A DNA stretch of 64,000 nucleotides from an uncultured Dehalococcoidaceae bacterium (lineage in GTDB: Bacteria; Chloroflexota; Dehalococcoidia; Dehalococcoidales; RBG-16-60-22). Numbering within the stretch: position 1 is the stretch's first letter; every line of letters begins with the position of its first letter. The stretch spans positions 8,421 to 72,420 of the forward strand of contig CAYXWH010000003.1 in assembly GCA_964468755.1 (NCBI GenBank). Direction: 5' to 3'. The position numbers were made by a program, and so were the translations under genes. Positions 9,345-18,280 of this stretch are shown one piece after another. The notes under the pieces are model-generated. The model saw only the letters and a program-made list of their open reading frames with translations. It made no database searches and was not told the origin of the DNA.

Positions 9345-10420
9345 GTCTGCCTCACATAGGAAATCTGAATATAGCCATGAAAGCCCTTTTTGACGGACTA
9401 GGGGTCGACTACGTGATACCACCTCACAACAACCGGCGCACCCTTTCCCTGGGCGTCAAGTATGCCCCGGAAGGATTATGCATACCCTTCAAACTGACTC
9501 TGGGAAACATAATTGAAGCCGCCGAGATGGGAGCCGACACGATACTCATGGCGGCTGGCTACGGTATCTGCCGCTTGGGTTACTATGCCAAGATCCAGGA
9601 GCAAATACTCCATGACCTGGGCTATAACGCGGAAATGGTCCAGCTGGGAGTCTCGGAGAAGAAACTGTACGGTTTCCTGCAAATGGTCAAGCGCTTGTCA
9701 AATAACGCATCTTGGTTTAAGATAATTTCAGCGTTTCGTTTCGGGATGGCGAAGCTGAACGCGCTGGATGATATTGAGCGTCTGGTACAGAAGACACGCC
9801 CGGTAGAGCACCAGCCGGGAACTACCAACCAGCTTTATGCCAAGGCAATCCAGGACATTGACCAGGCATGTGATAACGCCAGTATAAAGAGGGTAAAGCA
9901 GGAGTACATCGAGAAACTACTGAGTGCCAATAAAAACGGCAATGCCAGACCGCTCATAGTGGGTATTACCGGTGAGTTTTACGTAGTACTTGAGCCTTTC
10001 TCCAATCTGGACATAGAGGTTGAGCTGGGCAAGCTCGGGGTAGAGGTGAGGCGGTCGACCTTTATCTCCGAGTGGACGAAATTCAGCTGGTTCTTAAATC
10101 CGCTGGGGGTCAATGAAAAAGACAGGATACACCAGGCAGCCATGCCTTACCTTAAACGAGACATTGGTGGTGATGGCTGGGAATCGGTCGGGGAAAAGGT
10201 GCTCCATGCCAAAGAATACGACGGCATTGTGCACCTGGCACCGTTTACCTGTATGCCGGAGATAATTGCCCAGAACATAATGCCAACCACCAGAGAAACT
10301 ATTCCGGTGCTGACCATTCTCTGTGATGAACAGTTAGCCAAGCCGGGAATGTTGACCAGGCTGGAAGCATTTGTTGATTTACTGGAACGGAGAAGGCGGA
10401 CCGCAAATAAAGCGCAATGA
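9335..10420 (+). CDS. BCR/HAD-family accessory subunit, second paralogous type
   Basis: 361-aa ORF starting MRIGLPHIGNLNIAMKALFDGLGVDYVIPP...GLCIPFKLTLGN. It has the same domain class as the C-terminal part of the fused activase proteins. 10-nt overlap with the upstream gene. Confidence 0.7.
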   Translation: MRIGLPHIGNLNIAMKALFDGLGVDYVIPPHNNRRTLSLGVKYAPEGLCIPFKLTLGNIIEAAEMGADTILMAAGYGICRLGYYAKIQEQILHDLGYNAEMVQLGVSEKKLYGFLQMVKRLSNNASWFKIISAFRFGMAKLNALDDIERLVQKTRPVEHQPGTTNQLYAKAIQDIDQACDNASIKRVKQEYIEKLLSANKNGNARPLIVGITGEFYVVLEPFSNLDIEVELGKLGVEVRRSTFISEWTKFSWFLNPLGVNEKDRIHQAAMPYLKRDIGGDGWESVGEKVLHAKEYDGIVHLAPFTCMPEIIAQNIMPTTRETIPVLTILCDEQLAKPGMLTRLEAFVDLLERRRRTANKAQ

Positions 10421-10441
10421 GACGAAATCTGAGGAGAGTCA

Positions 10442-11416
10442 ATGAAAGTCTATCTGGGAATTGATGTTGGGTCGGTTACTACCAAGATTGCGGCGCTCAA
10501 CCAGGATGATGAACTGATTGCCCATTGCTATATTCCCACTGAAGGCAAACCCATCACGATAATACAACAAGGCTTGAAACAAATAAAGCAGCAGTTGCCG
10601 GCTGACACCGAAATTAGCGGCGTGGCTACTACGGGGAGCGCCCGTTACCTCGCCGGGGTCATTGTGGGTGCCGACCTGGTTAAGAATGAGATTACCTGCC
10701 ATGCGGTAGCCGCCTTGCAGCGAATTCCTGAAGTGCAGACCATTATTGAAATCGGAGGACAGGACAGCAAAATCATCATTATTCGAGATAAAGTAGTTAC
10801 TGATTTCGGCATGAATACCGTGTGCGCCGCCGGCACCGGAAGCTTCCTTGACCACCAGGCGTTGAGACTCAATATGAGCATCGAAGATTTCACCCGGCAG
10901 GCGTTGAAGAGTGACACACCGGTCCGGATTGCCGGCCGCTGTACCGTTTTTGCCGAATCAGACATGGTCCATAAACAGCAAATGGGGCACCGGATTGAAA
11001 ACATTATCTACGGTCTCTGCCAGGCGCTGGTACGCAACTATCTCAATAATGTCGGCACCGGTAAGGAAATACTACCCCCGATTGCTTTTCAGGGCGGGGT
11101 TGCTTTTAATAGCGGTATCGTCAGAGCCCTTGAAGAAGAACTGAACACCACTATTGTCGTACCACCCCATCACGAGGTCATGGGAGCCATAGGGGCGGCT
11201 CTGCTCGCCCACGAAAAGGTGGTGGAATCCAGCAACGGCAGCCATTTCAAAGGGTTCGGCATAAGCGACGTGCACTATCAAACTTCATCATTTGAATGCA
11301 AATCCTGCCCGAATCTATGCGAGATTGCCCAGCTTTCAATCAATGGGAAGGTTCTTGCCCGCTGGGGTGGACGCTGTGACCTCTGGGAAAGAAGTCTCAG
11401 TGGTCAGCAATCTTGA
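10442..11416 (+). CDS. BcrA/BadF/HgdC-type ATPase (electron-transfer activase), single domain with Cys-rich tail
   Basis: 324-aa ORF. MKVYLGIDVGSVTTK and EIGGQDSK are ASKHA phosphate motifs, and CAAGTGSF is also present. The C-terminal tail is CKSCPNLCE...GRCDLWE. Confidence 0.8.
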   Translation: MKVYLGIDVGSVTTKIAALNQDDELIAHCYIPTEGKPITIIQQGLKQIKQQLPADTEISGVATTGSARYLAGVIVGADLVKNEITCHAVAALQRIPEVQTIIEIGGQDSKIIIIRDKVVTDFGMNTVCAAGTGSFLDHQALRLNMSIEDFTRQALKSDTPVRIAGRCTVFAESDMVHKQQMGHRIENIIYGLCQALVRNYLNNVGTGKEILPPIAFQGGVAFNSGIVRALEEELNTTIVVPPHHEVMGAIGAALLAHEKVVESSNGSHFKGFGISDVHYQTSSFECKSCPNLCEIAQLSINGKVLARWGGRCDLWERSLSGQQS

Positions 11417-11429
11417 CCAGAGGTAAGCG

Positions 11430-12437
11430 ATGATAATTGCCGTTGATGCTGCTGGCGGGGATTACGCCCCGCATGAAATTGTCAAGGGAGCCATAAAAGC
11501 CTCTCAGGAATACGGGGTTGAAATTGCCCTGGTAGGCAGGAGAGCCGTGCTTCACGTACTATTAGGGCGTGCCCGGCACAAACCCGGTATCAGTATCGTG
11601 GAAGCAACCCAGACAATTGGTCCCTACGAATCACCGATGAAGGCGCTGCGCAACAAGCCAAAATCATCGATCGTGGTCGGCATTAATCTGGTCAGGGAAG
11701 GCAAGGCGGCAGCATTTGTCTCCGCCGGCAATACCGGCGCAGTATTCGGTGCTGCCCTGGTCAACCTGGGTAAGACAAATGGTATTGAAAGACCGGCTAT
11801 CGGCTGTTTCCTGGATACCATCGGCTCTAACCCTGCGCTGCTGGTCGATGCCGGCGCCAATGCTGAGTGCCGCCCCAAGCATCTGGTTGAATTTGCCAGA
11901 TTAGGCTCCATTTACAGTAGTAATATCCTTAGGATTGACTCACCCCGCGTTGCCCTTCTCAATAACGGTGGAGAGGAAACCAAGGGTAACAGTCTGTCCC
12001 AGGAAAGCTATCAACTCCTTAAACAGACGAAGGAGATAAACTTCATCGGTAATATAGAAGGTCAGGATATCCTGCAAAAGTCCGCCGATGTTATCGTTAC
12101 CGACGGCTTTACCGGCAACATAGTACTCAAAACCATTGAAGGCCTTAGCGATAACTTTCTCACTTCGGCAAAGCAAATAGGGCATGTCTTTTCCAGTCTC
12201 TGTCATCTCCGCGGGCGTGACATGCTCCGCGATATCGGACTGGGTTCACTGGTCAAAAAGATGGATTACACGGAGTACGGCGGAGCCTGCCTCCTCGGTA
12301 TCCAGGGCAATGTAATCATCGCCCACGGGCGCAGTCAGTCGAAAGCGATTAAGAATGCCATCGGCCTTGCCCGAGAGACGGTTGAGCGAAGCACGGTACA
12401 GAAAATAAAGGAGGAAACGCATGAGCAAGCCAATTGA
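11430..12437 (+). CDS. plsX: phosphate acyltransferase PlsX
   Basis: 335-aa ORF with MIIAVDAAGGDYAPHEIVKGA and VTDGFTGNIVLK motifs. Confidence 0.92.
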   Translation: MIIAVDAAGGDYAPHEIVKGAIKASQEYGVEIALVGRRAVLHVLLGRARHKPGISIVEATQTIGPYESPMKALRNKPKSSIVVGINLVREGKAAAFVSAGNTGAVFGAALVNLGKTNGIERPAIGCFLDTIGSNPALLVDAGANAECRPKHLVEFARLGSIYSSNILRIDSPRVALLNNGGEETKGNSLSQESYQLLKQTKEINFIGNIEGQDILQKSADVIVTDGFTGNIVLKTIEGLSDNFLTSAKQIGHVFSSLCHLRGRDMLRDIGLGSLVKKMDYTEYGGACLLGIQGNVIIAHGRSQSKAIKNAIGLARETVERSTVQKIKEETHEQAN

Positions 12438-12747
12438 TATTGATGACAGTAATTTTGAGGAAATTGTCTCGAAGGCAAAGACACCGGTACTGATTGACTT
12501 CTGGGCACCCTGGTGTGCACCATGCAAGATGGTGGCTCCAGTGGTAGAGGAACTGTCAGCAGAATACGAAGGCAAGGTAAGCTTTGGCAAGGTCAATGTA
12601 GACGAGGCGCCGAAGATTGCTGTTAAATACGGGATTATGAGCATTCCCACCCTGATTGTTTTTAAAGACGGACAGCCGGTTTCCAATATAGTCGGCTACA
12701 GGCCAAAAGCCCAGTTAAAGGAAAGCCTGGACGCTGCGCTTGGTTGA
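12421..12747 (+). CDS. trxA: thioredoxin (WCAPC active site)
   Basis: 108-aa ORF with VLIDFWAPWCAPCKMVAPV and GIMSIPTLIVFKDGQ. The active site is CAPC rather than the usual CGPC. Confidence 0.9.
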   Translation: MSKPIDIDDSNFEEIVSKAKTPVLIDFWAPWCAPCKMVAPVVEELSAEYEGKVSFGKVNVDEAPKIAVKYGIMSIPTLIVFKDGQPVSNIVGYRPKAQLKESLDAALG

Positions 12748-13093
12748 GCATAGCATGCACGTTATCATTATCGACGATACCAGTATTGAATCCTGCGAGG
12801 CTCACTGCGGAGTTGACTGGTCTGCGGAAGAAAACATTAAACTGGCCGGTCAACGAATCACCGAACGGTTCAGCGACAGGATAGAAGTGCAGTATATTGA
12901 CCTCTCCAAGTCGTACTTCGAAAAGCAGGCCCGACAATGGCAAAGCAAGATAAAGACAGAACATTTGAACCTGCCGCTGCTGGTTATCAACGGGCGGGTG
13001 CGGATTTCCGGTCAGTTTGACGTCCGTATGCTACTGGATAGTATCGATGCCGAGCGAGAAATTACATATAAAGGTGATACCAATGGACAATAG
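12740..13093 (+). CDS. small Cys-containing protein, possibly thioredoxin-fold (YuzD/DUF1462-like)
   Basis: 117-aa ORF wedged between trxA and trxB, overlapping both. It has CEAHC near the N-terminus, YIDL, and PLLVINGRVRISG, resembling small disulfide-oxidoreductase-like proteins. The assignment is tentative. Confidence 0.4.
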   Translation: MVEHSMHVIIIDDTSIESCEAHCGVDWSAEENIKLAGQRITERFSDRIEVQYIDLSKSYFEKQARQWQSKIKTEHLNLPLLVINGRVRISGQFDVRMLLDSIDAEREITYKGDTNGQ

Positions 13094-14012
13094 CGCTGGA
13101 AAAGAATACGAGGTAATAATCATTGGCGGTGGCCCTGCCGGGCTCTCCGCCGCAATCTACACCTCGAGGGCACGGCTGAGCAGCCTGCTTATAGAGCGAG
13201 GCATAGTAGGCGGGCAAATCATCAATGCCGAGCTGGTGGAGAACTATCCGGGGTTCCCGGAAGGTATCAGTGGCATAGAACTGACCCAGCTCATGCACCA
13301 GCAGGCGACCAAATATGGACTGGCAACGGTAGTCAATGAGGTTACCGGCATTCGGCTAAACGGAGAGCAGAAAATTATCCGGACCACTGGCGGTGATTAC
13401 CCCGCCGGAGCCGTCATCATCGCCAACGGTTCTGAGCGACAAAAGCTTGGTATACCGGGGGAGGCCGAGTTCACCGGCAGAGGAGTATCCTATTGTGCCA
13501 CCTGTGACGCTGCCTTTTTCCGGGAAATGACCGTGGCCGTGGTCGGCGGTGGCAATTCCGCCCTTACCGAAGCCATCCACCTCAGCCGGTTTGCCTCCAG
13601 GGTCGTGGTAATACACCGTCGCGACCAGCTTCGGGCTACCCGGATTGTGCAGGAAAAAGCCATGGCTCTACCCAATATGGAATTCTTGTGGGATACCGTG
13701 GTCGAATCAATCGAAGGCGATGATTTCGTGCAATATCTCAAAGTACGCAACGTGAAGTCCGGGCAGCAGACCAGGCTGGATGTATCCGGCTTCTTCATCT
13801 CGATTGGCATTAAGCCCAATACCGGTTACCTGAAGGATTTAATCCCGATGGATGCCGCCGGTGCTGTCATTACCAACGACCGTATGGAAACTGAGATACC
13901 CGGCATTTTTGCCGCCGGTGACATACGGCATAACTCAGTGTGGCAGGTTATTGCTGCTGCCGGCGACGGGGCTATTGCCGCCATCGCTGCCGAAAAATAC
14001 CTCACCGGATAA
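13083..14012 (+). CDS. trxB: thioredoxin-disulfide reductase
   Basis: The ORF track starts at 13017. I prefer the ATG at 13083 (MDNSAGKEYEVIIIGGGPAGLSAA). Redox-active CATCD is present, plus a second GGGNSA NADPH-binding motif. Confidence 0.92.
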   Translation: MDNSAGKEYEVIIIGGGPAGLSAAIYTSRARLSSLLIERGIVGGQIINAELVENYPGFPEGISGIELTQLMHQQATKYGLATVVNEVTGIRLNGEQKIIRTTGGDYPAGAVIIANGSERQKLGIPGEAEFTGRGVSYCATCDAAFFREMTVAVVGGGNSALTEAIHLSRFASRVVVIHRRDQLRATRIVQEKAMALPNMEFLWDTVVESIEGDDFVQYLKVRNVKSGQQTRLDVSGFFISIGIKPNTGYLKDLIPMDAAGAVITNDRMETEIPGIFAAGDIRHNSVWQVIAAAGDGAIAAIAAEKYLTG

Positions 14013-14030
14013 TATTTAATAAAAATTCCC

Positions 14031-14059
14031 TTCACCAATTTAGTAAAGTGAAGTATAAT
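14031..14059 (+). promoter_or_regulatory. candidate promoter for the rplI-dnaB operon
   Basis: TTCACC (14031-14036), 17-nt spacer, TATAAT (14054-14059), 20 nt before the rplI GTG. Confidence 0.4.
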
Positions 14060-14079
14060 TATTAGCAAAGGAGAATTCT

Positions 14080-14658
14080 GTGAAGGTTGTTTTTTTAGAG
14101 GACGTACCCAACATTGCTGAAGTTGGTCAGATAAAGGATGTATCTGACGGCTACGCCCGGCACTATCTCATACCCAAAAAGCTGGCGGTGTTAGCCAATT
14201 CCGCTGCCTCCAATATCCTGGAAGCACAGCTAAAGAAGAAAGCCAAGCAACTGGCGCAAACCGAAGCGGAAATGACCAAGGTCGCCCAGCAGCTTAAGGG
14301 CAAGGAGCTTGTCCTTAAAGCCAAGGTAGGTGCCAAGGAACGCTTGTACGGCTCGATTACCAGTACCGATATTGCTGACGGAATACGTGACCAACTTGGG
14401 CTGGACATCGATAAAAGAAAGATAGAACTCGCCGAGCCGATACGTGAACTCGGCAGCTATGACGTAAGCATCAAGCTATTTAAAGACATCTCGCCGCAGA
14501 TAAAGGTTACCGTGGCGGCAGAGGAAATTGTCACCGAAGAAAAGAAAGAAATTGCGGAAAAGAAGCCAGGCAAAGCTGAGAAGAAAACCGGGGTAAAGGA
14601 AGAAGCAGAAGAAAAGACAGAAACGGCAGAGGCTGAGGAGAGCGACCAGGTTGTATAA
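14080..14658 (+). CDS. rplI: 50S ribosomal protein L9 with ~45-aa E/K-rich C-terminal extension
   Basis: 192-aa ORF starting MKVVFLEDVPNIAEVGQIKDVSDGYARHYLIPKKLAV. The tail AAEEIVTEEKKEIAEKKPGKAEKK...AEAEESDQVV extends beyond typical L9 length. Confidence 0.9.
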   Translation: MKVVFLEDVPNIAEVGQIKDVSDGYARHYLIPKKLAVLANSAASNILEAQLKKKAKQLAQTEAEMTKVAQQLKGKELVLKAKVGAKERLYGSITSTDIADGIRDQLGLDIDKRKIELAEPIRELGSYDVSIKLFKDISPQIKVTVAAEEIVTEEKKEIAEKKPGKAEKKTGVKEEAEEKTETAEAEESDQVV

Positions 14659-16027
14659 TGAGAAGCTACCGCCGCATGACCCGGATGCTGAAGAAGCCGT
14701 AATCGGCTCGTTGCTGATTGATGGTAACGCGATCTATAAAGTTGCCTCGCTGGTGCAGTCATCGGATTTCTATTATGAGCCGAACCAGTTAATCTACAGT
14801 GCCTGTTATTCGTTATACCAGCGCAACGATGCCATCAATCAGATAACGGTCGCTCAGGAATTGGCCCGGCAGAACAAGCTGGAACCATGCGGTGGCGCCG
14901 CCCACCTGAGCCACCTGATAGCCATCTGCCCCACATCCCTCGACATTGAGCACTATGCTCAAATTGTCTATCGGCTGTCGACAATGCGTAACCTGATAAC
15001 GGCTGCCGACAAGATTGCCGCCCTGGGTCATGAGGCTGGCCCGAACGTCGATGAGAGCCTCAACAAGGCGGAGGACATCCTGTTCCGCCTGCGCCATGGC
15101 CAAAGCTCACGTGACTTCGTCCACATCCGGCATGTGCTGGATAAATACTTCGAGCCGGTCAGTCCGGACGACATGGAAGCTTCCCTGACAGGTCAAGCAC
15201 CATACGTACTCTCCAACTTTACCGGCCTGGACGAATTCCTGGGCGGCTTTCAGCGCTCTGACCTGATAATCGTCGCCGGCAGACCCAGCATGGGTAAGAC
15301 CAGCCTAGCGCTTAATATCGCCCGAAACGCTGCCGTCGAGCAAAAGGCATGCGTGGCACTGTTCAGTCTGGAGATGGCACGGGACTCGCTGGTCTTGCGC
15401 CTGCTTTCCAGTGAATCCGGGGTTAATGCCCGGCGGGTACGGCTGGGGTCCCACAGCGAGGACGACGAAAGAAAAATCATGGACGCCATTGGTGTCCTTT
15501 CGGAATCAGCCATTTACCTTGATGACTCGCCTCAGCTAAGGGTGGTAGAAATGCGCAGTAAAGCCCGCCGTCTCCACTTTGAACGGGGTATCGACATGAT
15601 TATCGTTGACTATCTGCAATTGCTTCAGGGAGAAGGCAGAAATGAAAACCGCGTGCAGGAGATTGGCTATATCTCCCGTTCACTTAAGGCATTGGCCCGT
15701 GAACTTAATGTGTCGGTGATTGCCGTATCCCAGCTCAGTAGAGCGGTAGAATGGCGGGCATCGCACATGCCCCAGCTCTCTGACCTGCGGGAAAGTGGTA
15801 GTATCGAACAGGATGCTGACGTGGTAATGTTTATCTACCGTGATGAATACTACTACAACGAAGAGGAATGGCAGAACCAGCACCCGGATAGAGAATATCC
15901 GCGAGAAGAGGCAGACGTAATTATCGCCAAACACCGTAATGGCCCCACCGGCCAGGTCAAGCTGCGTTTCCGCCACAACCTGGCCCGCTTTGATAATATC
16001 GGCAGTGCTGAGCCAAAGCTAATATGA
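14651..16027 (+). CDS. dnaB: replicative DNA helicase DnaB
   Basis: 458-aa ORF with a TTG start overlapping the rplI stop. Motifs: LPPHDPDAEEAVIGSLL, Walker A GRPSMGKTS, and SQLSR. Confidence 0.95.
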   Translation: MYNEKLPPHDPDAEEAVIGSLLIDGNAIYKVASLVQSSDFYYEPNQLIYSACYSLYQRNDAINQITVAQELARQNKLEPCGGAAHLSHLIAICPTSLDIEHYAQIVYRLSTMRNLITAADKIAALGHEAGPNVDESLNKAEDILFRLRHGQSSRDFVHIRHVLDKYFEPVSPDDMEASLTGQAPYVLSNFTGLDEFLGGFQRSDLIIVAGRPSMGKTSLALNIARNAAVEQKACVALFSLEMARDSLVLRLLSSESGVNARRVRLGSHSEDDERKIMDAIGVLSESAIYLDDSPQLRVVEMRSKARRLHFERGIDMIIVDYLQLLQGEGRNENRVQEIGYISRSLKALARELNVSVIAVSQLSRAVEWRASHMPQLSDLRESGSIEQDADVVMFIYRDEYYYNEEEWQNQHPDREYPREEADVIIAKHRNGPTGQVKLRFRHNLARFDNIGSAEPKLI

Positions 16028-16734
16028 AGCAGTTTAACGGTTTTCCCGCCAGGATGGATTTTGCCGCTATACCCAGACTCTTCTTCAGTGCCTTGCTGCC
16101 GGAAATAAATGACATGGCAGAGTTGAAGACGAGCCTGCACGTGATGGCAGCGCTGTACCGGAAACGGGGGTATCCCCGCGTGGTCACCCTGGGAGAATTG
16201 CTGGATAATGCCAGCCTGATGAACAGCCTTAAAAGCTTTGCCAAGCCACCGGATGAAGTCCTGCGTGGTGCGCTGAAGCTGGCTACCGAGCGGGGTACAT
16301 TCCTCCATATTGCGATGGAGAGAGACGCAGCGGGCGAGGATGTCTATCTCCTTAACGATGAGTCCGGACGGCAGGTCGCCGCCAGGATTCAAAGCGGTGA
16401 GGTCAAGATACCCGGCTTTAAACCGGTAGCACCGCGATACGTTGAAACCGGGGAGCCGCCCAACATTTTTACCCTTTACGAACAGAACATCGGGCTACTC
16501 ACTCCTATAATTGCCGATGAACTGCGCGAGGCAGAAAAGCTTTACCCGGAAAATTGGATTGTCGATGCCATCAAAGAAGCGACCTTGCTTAACAAGCGTA
16601 ACATACGATACATTATGAAGATTCTGCAGCGCTGGTCTTCAGAAGGCAAAAGTGATGGAGCATATCAGCGAGATTCTAAAAAGGGCACAGATAAATACTT
16701 CAAGCAAAAATACGGGCACATGGTCCAGCGATGA
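16024..16734 (+). CDS. DnaD-domain replication protein
   Basis: 236-aa ORF with an ATGA overlap with dnaB. The C-terminal YEQNIGLLTPIIADELREAEKLYPENWIVDAIKEA...IRYIMKILQRW matches the DnaD/DnaB_2 C-terminal domain. Confidence 0.65.
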   Translation: MKQFNGFPARMDFAAIPRLFFSALLPEINDMAELKTSLHVMAALYRKRGYPRVVTLGELLDNASLMNSLKSFAKPPDEVLRGALKLATERGTFLHIAMERDAAGEDVYLLNDESGRQVAARIQSGEVKIPGFKPVAPRYVETGEPPNIFTLYEQNIGLLTPIIADELREAEKLYPENWIVDAIKEATLLNKRNIRYIMKILQRWSSEGKSDGAYQRDSKKGTDKYFKQKYGHMVQR

Positions 16735-18049
16735 CGAGAAATCCCCGGCAAACCCGGACTGTCCCCTTTGCCAGGGAGCTGGCTTCGTCCACCCGCTGCT
16801 GCCCACAGGAAAGCCTGACTACACTCAGGTTATTCCCTGCGACTGCGTAAAAAAGGTAGTAGACAAAGAACGCCAGGATCGCTTGGAACTGTACAGCAAC
16901 CTGGGCTTTTTGACCCGCTTCACCTTCGATAAGCTGCAGCCCCGGGGCATGAGTCAGAACCCTCAATACCAGGAGCAATTCAATCGCGCCTATGAAGCCG
17001 CCAAATCCTTTGCCGCCGAACCGAAAGGTTGGTTCATCTTAAGCGGGCCCAGTGGTTGCGGCAAGACCCACCTTGCCGCCGCTATTGCCAACGAGTGCCG
17101 TCGTCAGGGTTTCCCGGTTTTGTACCAGACCACGCCCGACCTGCTTGACCACCTGCGCGCCACTTTTTTGCCGGGGAGCGAAGTCCCCTACGATTATTTC
17201 TTCGATAAGGTCCGCAACGCTCCATTGCTAATACTGGATGATCTGGGCGCTCAAACCGTCACACCCTGGTCTAACGAAAAGCTTGACCAGCTCCTGACCT
17301 ACCGCTTCAATAGTGAGTTACCTACCGCTATAGTTACCATCCAGTCACTTGACCAGCTCGATGACAGGCTGCGCACCCGCCTGACCAATTCAGCAATATG
17401 CCAGATGCACACTATCGAAGAAGAGACAGCTTCGTCAGTATACCAGTGGGGACCGGAGTTTGCCGCCCAGAGGAGGATGACCTTCGCCAGTTTCGACTGG
17501 CGGCGGGTCAACCTGCCGGCGGAACAACGCGAGAACCTGGAGACTGCCTATCGCCTGGCTCTTGATTTTGCCGGCTCGCCGGAAGGCTGGCTGGTACTCC
17601 AGGGAGTAAACGGCTGTGGCAAGACTCATCTGGCATCCGCAATTGTAAACTCGCGCTACCAGGCTAATCAGCCGGCTCTTTTCGTGGTGGTACCCGAGTT
17701 TCTTGACCACCTGCGCTACACCTTCAGCCCGGAAAGCAAGGTATCCTATGACCAGCTTTTCGAGAGTGTCAAGAAAGCCCCGCTTCTGGTGCTGGATGAC
17801 TTCGGCGAACAATCAACCACTCCCTGGGCACAGGAGAAGCTCTACCAGGTAATCAACTATCGCTATAATGCGCTGCTGCCCACTGTCATCACCACCGTCT
17901 GCTCCCTGGACGAGATTGAGGGGCGGGTTGGTTCCAGGCTGATTGATAACAAGCTCAGCACCTTTTTCCACATCACTGTACCTGACTACCGCGGTGACCT
18001 GTATTCCGGCCGCAGAAAAGCATCACCCAAAAATAGAAAAAACCGGTAA
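16655..18049 (+). CDS. DnaC/DnaI-like helicase loader with two tandem AAA+ modules
   Basis: N-terminal zinc-ribbon-like CPLCQGAGF...CDC. Two Walker A motifs (GPSGCGKTHLAAAIAN at ~17045; GVNGCGKTHLASAIVN at ~17603) and two Walker B motifs (LLILDDLG; LLVLDDFG). The flanking segments are alignable with each other. Confidence 0.8.
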   Translation: MEHISEILKRAQINTSSKNTGTWSSDDEKSPANPDCPLCQGAGFVHPLLPTGKPDYTQVIPCDCVKKVVDKERQDRLELYSNLGFLTRFTFDKLQPRGMSQNPQYQEQFNRAYEAAKSFAAEPKGWFILSGPSGCGKTHLAAAIANECRRQGFPVLYQTTPDLLDHLRATFLPGSEVPYDYFFDKVRNAPLLILDDLGAQTVTPWSNEKLDQLLTYRFNSELPTAIVTIQSLDQLDDRLRTRLTNSAICQMHTIEEETASSVYQWGPEFAAQRRMTFASFDWRRVNLPAEQRENLETAYRLALDFAGSPEGWLVLQGVNGCGKTHLASAIVNSRYQANQPALFVVVPEFLDHLRYTFSPESKVSYDQLFESVKKAPLLVLDDFGEQSTTPWAQEKLYQVINYRYNALLPTVITTVCSLDEIEGRVGSRLIDNKLSTFFHITVPDYRGDLYSGRRKASPKNRKNR

Positions 18050-18280
18050 TACGAAACCCTCTTCACAGACTATGTTACGGTGCATCAGGCACCTATTACG
18101 ACCTCTCACCATAACCCCGGCCGGGCTACGGGGCATTCACCCGATATACCAGCCGAATTCCCTTCCCGGAATCTTCTCCAGCCAAACAGGCGTTATTCAG
18201 TATAATTTGACTTTTCATTCAACACAATGCAAGCCACATTATAAATATGACAAAATGGTATTATTTTGGTCAAATAACGC

